Notes under the pieces: model-generated
What the model saw: only the letters and a program-made list of their open reading frames with translations
Told to the model about the DNA's origin: nothing
Database searches by the model: none
Assembly (NCBI GenBank): GCA_963714085.1
Contig: OY970229.1
Location: 100,849-164,848 of the forward strand
Length of the DNA: 64,000 bases
DNA from: an uncultured Candidatus Micrarchaeota archaeon
GTDB taxonomy: Archaea; Micrarchaeota; Micrarchaeia; Anstonellales; Bilamarchaeaceae
Direction of reading: 5' to 3'
In this document: positions 59,457-64,000 of the stretch, in pieces
How the letters are laid out: each line of letters opens with the position of its first letter
Position numbering within the stretch: position 1 is the first letter of the stretch
Program-made: the position numbers and the translations under genes

Positions 59457-60011
59457 AAAACACTGGCCATAAAGCGTGATCCGTTCAAAGCGCCCAAGGG
59501 GATGGAGAGCGTATACGCGATCGTGCGCCAGCAGCAGAAGCGCGAGATGCTGCGCCTCGAGCCCGAGGCGCGCCTCGAATGCGCGCTGGCGGAGAGGCAG
59601 CTTGGAGACGCGGCGGCGGCAGAGCGGAAAAGCGCCGCGAAGACCCTCGGGAAGCTGCGTTATCTGCATTCTTTCGAGCCGCTCCTGCATGCCCTCGCAA
59701 GAGAAAACGCGCCGGGCGACGAAGGCCGGGCGGTGAAGGCCGCCATGCTCAAGGCCCTCCGGAACATCGGTTCCGACCATTGCTGCCATATTGCGCTGGA
59801 GGTCGGGCGCGTGCCGCTCAGGGACTTCGCCATGGCGCACCTGGACGACCACGTGCTCGTGGGAAGCGCCCTCAATGCACTGGCATCGACCTGCTTGAGG
59901 TGCGAATCGCTCGCGGACATGGAAAAAGTCATGAAGGCCGCGGATGAGAAAGGATATAGAGAGACCGGTATCGCGGCGGGCAGCATCTGGCTCGATACTT
60001 TGAGAGACTGA
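59454..60011 (+). CDS. HEAT-repeat-like protein C1
   Basis: RKSAAKTLGKLR..SFEPLLHALARE..VKAAMLKAL. Confidence 0.8.
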   Translation: MKTLAIKRDPFKAPKGMESVYAIVRQQQKREMLRLEPEARLECALAERQLGDAAAAERKSAAKTLGKLRYLHSFEPLLHALARENAPGDEGRAVKAAMLKALRNIGSDHCCHIALEVGRVPLRDFAMAHLDDHVLVGSALNALASTCLRCESLADMEKVMKAADEKGYRETGIAAGSIWLDTLRD

Positions 60012-60016
60012 TACCT

Positions 60017-61057
60017 ATGCCAACTTCATCCTTCAGACATCCCGGGCCCAAATCCCCTCCACCGATCGGATTGGAGCGCGAGCGCGCGATCCTGCGCTAT
60101 GCGCACGAGCGGGAGATGTGCCGGCTCCAGGGCCGGAACGGGATCTTGCAGGTCCGGGCGCAGAACAGGCTGTGGAGCGGAGTGGCGGCAGCGCGGAAGA
60201 GCGCCGCCAGGATCCTCGGGCGCCTGCGTTTCATCTATTCCTACGAGCCGCTCGTACAAGCCCTCGCCCGCGAATGCAAGTCCGGCGACGAAGGCAGCGC
60301 AGTGAAGGCCGCGATGCTGAAAAGCCTTGACAAGATCGGCTCCGAGCACTGCGGCCAGAAGACGCTCACTACCGGGCGCGAGCCGCTCAACGAGTTCATC
60401 ATGGCGCACCTGGACGACCACGTGCTCGTGAGAGCCGCCCTCAAGGCGTTGAGATGGACCGGCTCATTCGACGATACGATCCAGGACACGCGCAGTATCG
60501 AGGAGGCGGCCAGGGCTGCAGGATACGAAAAGAGCGCCGGTGTCGCGAGCAAGATCTATCTCGGCCGGATAGAGGCTGGGGCTGAGCTCACCCGGGCAGA
60601 GGCGGAGGTTTTACTTAGAAGCGCCGTGGCGGCAGAACGGAAGCGCGCCGCGAACAACCTCGGGCGACTGCATGATCTCCGTTCCTACCAACCGCTGCTC
60701 AATGCCCTTGCCCAGGAAAGCGGGCCCGCCTTCGGAAACCGGGAGGTGAAGGCCGCCATACTGGAAGCGCTTGAGAGCATCGGCGGAGAGCACGCCGGCC
60801 AGGCGGCGCTCGGTGCAGGGCGTGAGCCGCTCAAGAGGTTCAGCATGGCGCACCTGGACGACGCCGGACTGGTGAGGGCCGCCTTGGAAGCGTCGGGATG
60901 GACGGTTTCCATCACGGGGGACGCGATCCACGACCTGGACGAGGTCAAGGAAGCGGCGAGAAGCGCTGCAGCCAAAGGTGGCCCAGATGCGGAAAAATAC
61001 AGGGCGACTGCCACTGAGGCAACAGATATCTATTTCGACTGGATAAGATCCCGCTGA
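60017..61057 (+). CDS. HEAT-repeat-like protein C2 (two domain copies)
   Basis: The C1 motif set occurs twice. Confidence 0.82.
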   Translation: MPTSSFRHPGPKSPPPIGLERERAILRYAHEREMCRLQGRNGILQVRAQNRLWSGVAAARKSAARILGRLRFIYSYEPLVQALARECKSGDEGSAVKAAMLKSLDKIGSEHCGQKTLTTGREPLNEFIMAHLDDHVLVRAALKALRWTGSFDDTIQDTRSIEEAARAAGYEKSAGVASKIYLGRIEAGAELTRAEAEVLLRSAVAAERKRAANNLGRLHDLRSYQPLLNALAQESGPAFGNREVKAAILEALESIGGEHAGQAALGAGREPLKRFSMAHLDDAGLVRAALEASGWTVSITGDAIHDLDEVKEAARSAAAKGGPDAEKYRATATEATDIYFDWIRSR

Positions 61058-61133
61058 GACGCCCCGGGGCTTGGCCCGTCAAGAACGCAAGGTATTTAAA
61101 CACCAAAAGCCATAATAACATACGTGATAATGA

Positions 61134-61685
61134 ATGGGACAGGTAGCCGTCAAACGTCGTGAATCCAGAACGCCGCCTCCTGAAGGATTGGCGCGCGCGA
61201 TTCTGCGCGCACAACAAGAGCGGCAGCTGCGGCGCCTGGAGCCCGATGCGGGAGTTCAACGTGCCGGGGCCGAGAGCCTGCTGAAAGAAGGCACGACTGC
61301 GCAAAGGATAAGCGCCGCGGCCAGCCTCGGGAATCTGCGTTTTCTCTGCTCTTTCGAGCCCCTGCTCAATGCCCTCGCACGCGAAAGCGAACCTGGCTTC
61401 GGAGACCGGAGGGTGAAAACCGCCATACTCCAGGCTCTTGATAATGTCGGTTCCGAGCACGCCGGCCAGACGGCGCTCAGGACAGGGCATGAGCAGCTCA
61501 GGGGATTCATCAATGCGCATCTGTCCGACCCTGAACTCGTGGGAAAGGCCATGAAGGCGTTGGCATGGACTGGCAACAGGGCGGAGTCTATCCACGACGC
61601 GGACGACATCAAAAAGGCGGCTAGGAAGGCCGGATATAAAAGTACCGCCAGTGCGGCGAGCGCCGCCTATTTCAGCAGGATATGA
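61134..61685 (+). CDS. HEAT-repeat-like protein C3
   Basis: Same motif set as C1; has its own duplicated promoter. Confidence 0.8.
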   Translation: MGQVAVKRRESRTPPPEGLARAILRAQQERQLRRLEPDAGVQRAGAESLLKEGTTAQRISAAASLGNLRFLCSFEPLLNALARESEPGFGDRRVKTAILQALDNVGSEHAGQTALRTGHEQLRGFINAHLSDPELVGKAMKALAWTGNRAESIHDADDIKKAARKAGYKSTASAASAAYFSRI

Positions 61686-62626
61686 GCCGATTCCGGCTTG
61701 CCGCCTGCGCTCCGCATGATATCGAATATCCTTTTCTTCACTTCGTCATAGCCCACGGCAAGGAGGAATCTGTCGACTACTTCTGCCTTGAATTGCGCGC
61801 CGCGCTCACTCCGCGCGTCTTCCATGGCATCATCGAAAGATTTCACGCCGTGGTCGTATATCCTGTCGGACGTCATGGTGTCCAGGGCATCGCAAAAGCA
61901 GGTGATTGACGCACCGATGGATATGCCGCCTCTCTTGATCTTGCCCGGATACCCTTCACCATCATCCCTCTCATGATGGTGTAAAACGATGTCGGCTATC
62001 GTGTCACGGTGCGCGGGATCGATGCCGGCAAGCGAAGCGAAGACCGCGAGCAGGATGGCCCCGCCATAAATCGGATGCATGTTGATGATGCTGATTTGCG
62101 GTTTTGTCAGCGTTTCATCCTCGCGCAGGATGTGCCCCGGCACCGCAGCCTTCCCGATGTCGTGCATCAGAGCCCCGAGCAGCTGCAAGGCGCGTTCCGA
62201 CTCGTTCACAGACATCTGGTCCAGCAGCATCTCGGCGTATTGCATGGTGCGGTGCTGATGGCCGTAATAGCCGAAGCACGTCCTTTCAGCGATGTCTAGA
62301 AGCGGGATCAGCAGTTTGGCTGCCGCATCGACCGTCCTTTCGTCCCAGATGGTATCGCCCAGTGCGCGGAAATCATGGTCCATGGCTCCGAGAATGGGCA
62401 GCCTGCTGCTCATGGCCTTGGAGATGAACCCGCTGTTCCTGCCCCTGTCGCCCCTCTTGGTGAGCCAGGTCGTGTCATCTGCGTTCTCCCTGACACCCGG
62501 GATCTGTTTAGCCTGGACGATGCGGATGACGGGCTCGACCAGACCAGCGAAGTCCGTCGAGATCTTCTGTCCCATGGTTTCCATGGTTTTAAGATTCGGA
62601 CGGGAGGGCTTCTGTGAAACGCGCAT
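61667..62626 (-). CDS. HD-GYP domain phosphodiesterase
   Basis: GHQHRT, LMHDIGK, HPIYG, HHHERDDGEGYP, DALDTMTSDRIY and GAQF. Confidence 0.9.
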   Translation of the reverse strand: MRVSQKPSRPNLKTMETMGQKISTDFAGLVEPVIRIVQAKQIPGVRENADDTTWLTKRGDRGRNSGFISKAMSSRLPILGAMDHDFRALGDTIWDERTVDAAAKLLIPLLDIAERTCFGYYGHQHRTMQYAEMLLDQMSVNESERALQLLGALMHDIGKAAVPGHILREDETLTKPQISIINMHPIYGGAILLAVFASLAGIDPAHRDTIADIVLHHHERDDGEGYPGKIKRGGISIGASITCFCDALDTMTSDRIYDHGVKSFDDAMEDARSERGAQFKAEVVDRFLLAVGYDEVKKRIFDIMRSAGGKPESAHILLK

Positions 62627-62729
62627 CTGTCTGCACCTGGGCCATATGGTGTTTTATAGTAAATAAATGTGTAATAGTATTTTTAAAGTAGTGGGGTGAT
62701 GCATGCCTGGGAGGCGTGCCGCGCCGAGC

Positions 62730-63701
62730 TCACTGCACGAGCTCGTACACCACGGTGATGGAGCTGCTCATCTGCGTGGTGGTCGGGAAGATCTCGGTCG
62801 GCACTGCGGGAGGCGCTGCGGTCCCTGCGGACTGATACGCGTAGACCGGATATACCGGGTAGTAGTTCGGGTTCACGGAGATTATCTTGCCGAGGCTCGC
62901 GCCCAGCCCGCTGGCGATGTCCTCCCCCTTGGTCTTGGCGTTCGCCGCGGCCTCTGCCTGGAGCTCGGAATCCACCGTATTGCTCATCGCGTCGCTCACG
63001 GAGAAGTAAACGTAATCCACGGATGTCGAGTTCGAGGCTTTCAGCGCGGCGTCCACATATGCGCCGCCATCGCTCGTATTCGCGCTCTGGACCTCTATGG
63101 ACTGGACGGTCTCGTATCCGACTATCGCGCAGCTGCCCAGGGTCTGGCATGGAACTGGCGGAGACGGTACTGGATAACCCGGGGAGACTATCACTCCGGA
63201 AGATGTCGTGCCTGAGGCTCCGGAAGAGGTGCCGGTTCCAGAGACGGCTTCGGGCACCGGAGCGGAACCTTCGCTCGCGCCGTTCGACGGGACAGCCACT
63301 CCGCTGCCGTACGAGTAGTATTGCTGGGTGTAGCAGGAGGAGCAGGACTGGTTGTAGACCGGGGACGTGTAATACGAGACGGTCTGTATCTCCGACTCGT
63401 TCAATCCGGCAGCGAGCAGGGTCGCCTTCACCGCCGCGGTCTGCGCGGCGTTGTCCGACTGCGAGCTCGATGTGTCGTTATCGATAGTGGTTATCGTCAG
63501 CCCGACGTCGATGACGTCCGGGGACACGGTCTGCGACGCCTCGCCGGTGACGGTTATCGTCGCCGGCTGCGCGCTCAGGTTCGTCTGGTTGGCTGGCGGG
63601 ACAACAATTGTGGCCGGAGCCTTGGCCAGGTAATAAGTGAGCCCTGCGGTCAGCAGGACGACAATTATGATCCCCACGACAAGCATCGAGTTTTCAGCCA
63701 T
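62730..63701 (-). CDS. SIMPL (DUF541) domain protein with low-complexity insert
   Basis: ITVTGEA..VSPD, IQT..PVY and EAAANAKTK..IASGLGASLGKI. Confidence 0.85.
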   Translation of the reverse strand: MAENSMLVVGIIIVVLLTAGLTYYLAKAPATIVVPPANQTNLSAQPATITVTGEASQTVSPDVIDVGLTITTIDNDTSSSQSDNAAQTAAVKATLLAAGLNESEIQTVSYYTSPVYNQSCSSCYTQQYYSYGSGVAVPSNGASEGSAPVPEAVSGTGTSSGASGTTSSGVIVSPGYPVPSPPVPCQTLGSCAIVGYETVQSIEVQSANTSDGGAYVDAALKASNSTSVDYVYFSVSDAMSNTVDSELQAEAAANAKTKGEDIASGLGASLGKIISVNPNYYPVYPVYAYQSAGTAAPPAVPTEIFPTTTQMSSSITVVYELVQ

Positions 63702-63772
63702 TTTTATCTCCGCATGGCTAACGCAGCGGATATTTAAATGATGAAGGAATTGCTTCGGCCGGCGCCGAAAGC

Positions 63773-64000
63773 CTAGTCCGCGATGGAGATGTACCCGTCT
63801 TCGGCCAGCTTCTTAAGCTCGACGCGGATCGCGTGCATGAGGAACGCGTGCTTCGTTCCGAGCTCGTCCGCTGGCGCGTTGTCGAGGGAGCGGTTGTCGC
63901 TCAGCATGCTGTACGCGCTTGCGAGATGGCCCAGCGCATCGACGCATACGACCAGTTGCGGAATCGGCGTGCTCAGGTGCTCAGCCAGGATCGCATGGAT
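63773..64000 (-). CDS. 3' end of a hypothetical protein (partial)
   Basis: Frame open from the window edge to TAG at 63773 (..LKKLAEDGYISIAD*). Confidence 0.55.
   Translation of the reverse strand: MHAILAEHLSTPIPQLVVCVDALGHLASAYSMLSDNRSLDNAPADELGTKHAFLMHAIRVELKKLAEDGYISIAD

Overview
An archaeal chromosomal segment. Archaeal markers include Alba, ABCE1/RLI, DUF2666, isopentenyl phosphate kinase, an intron-containing tRNA and TATA-box promoters. The compact gene set suggests a DPANN archaeon, probably Micrarchaeota; this placement is inference. Core content: a giant HYR/beta-helix surface protein (missed by the ORF track), a CcdA/DipZ/TrxB/Grx redox cluster, ilvE, aglH, nth, stomatins, two tRNAs, and most of the archaeal mevalonate pathway (HMGR, MVK, AcnX large and small subunits, UbiD, UbiX, IPK). 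Between these genes lie many orphan or bacterial-type genes, often as tandem paralogs whose archaeal promoter was duplicated with them. The most striking are two tandem sigma-70 (RpoD-like) homologs behind archaeal TATA boxes, both lacking the promoter-melting tryptophan dyad. The window also carries a predicted exported lytic transglycosylase, a predicted exported GH19 lysozyme/chitinase, an HD-GYP protein, and ankyrin and HEAT-repeat proteins. Together these suggest, as a hypothesis only, a toolkit aimed at a bacterial partner or prey. A toxin-antitoxin-like pair sits in a decayed element integrated at tRNA-Thr. All family calls come from motifs read by eye; no database searches were run.
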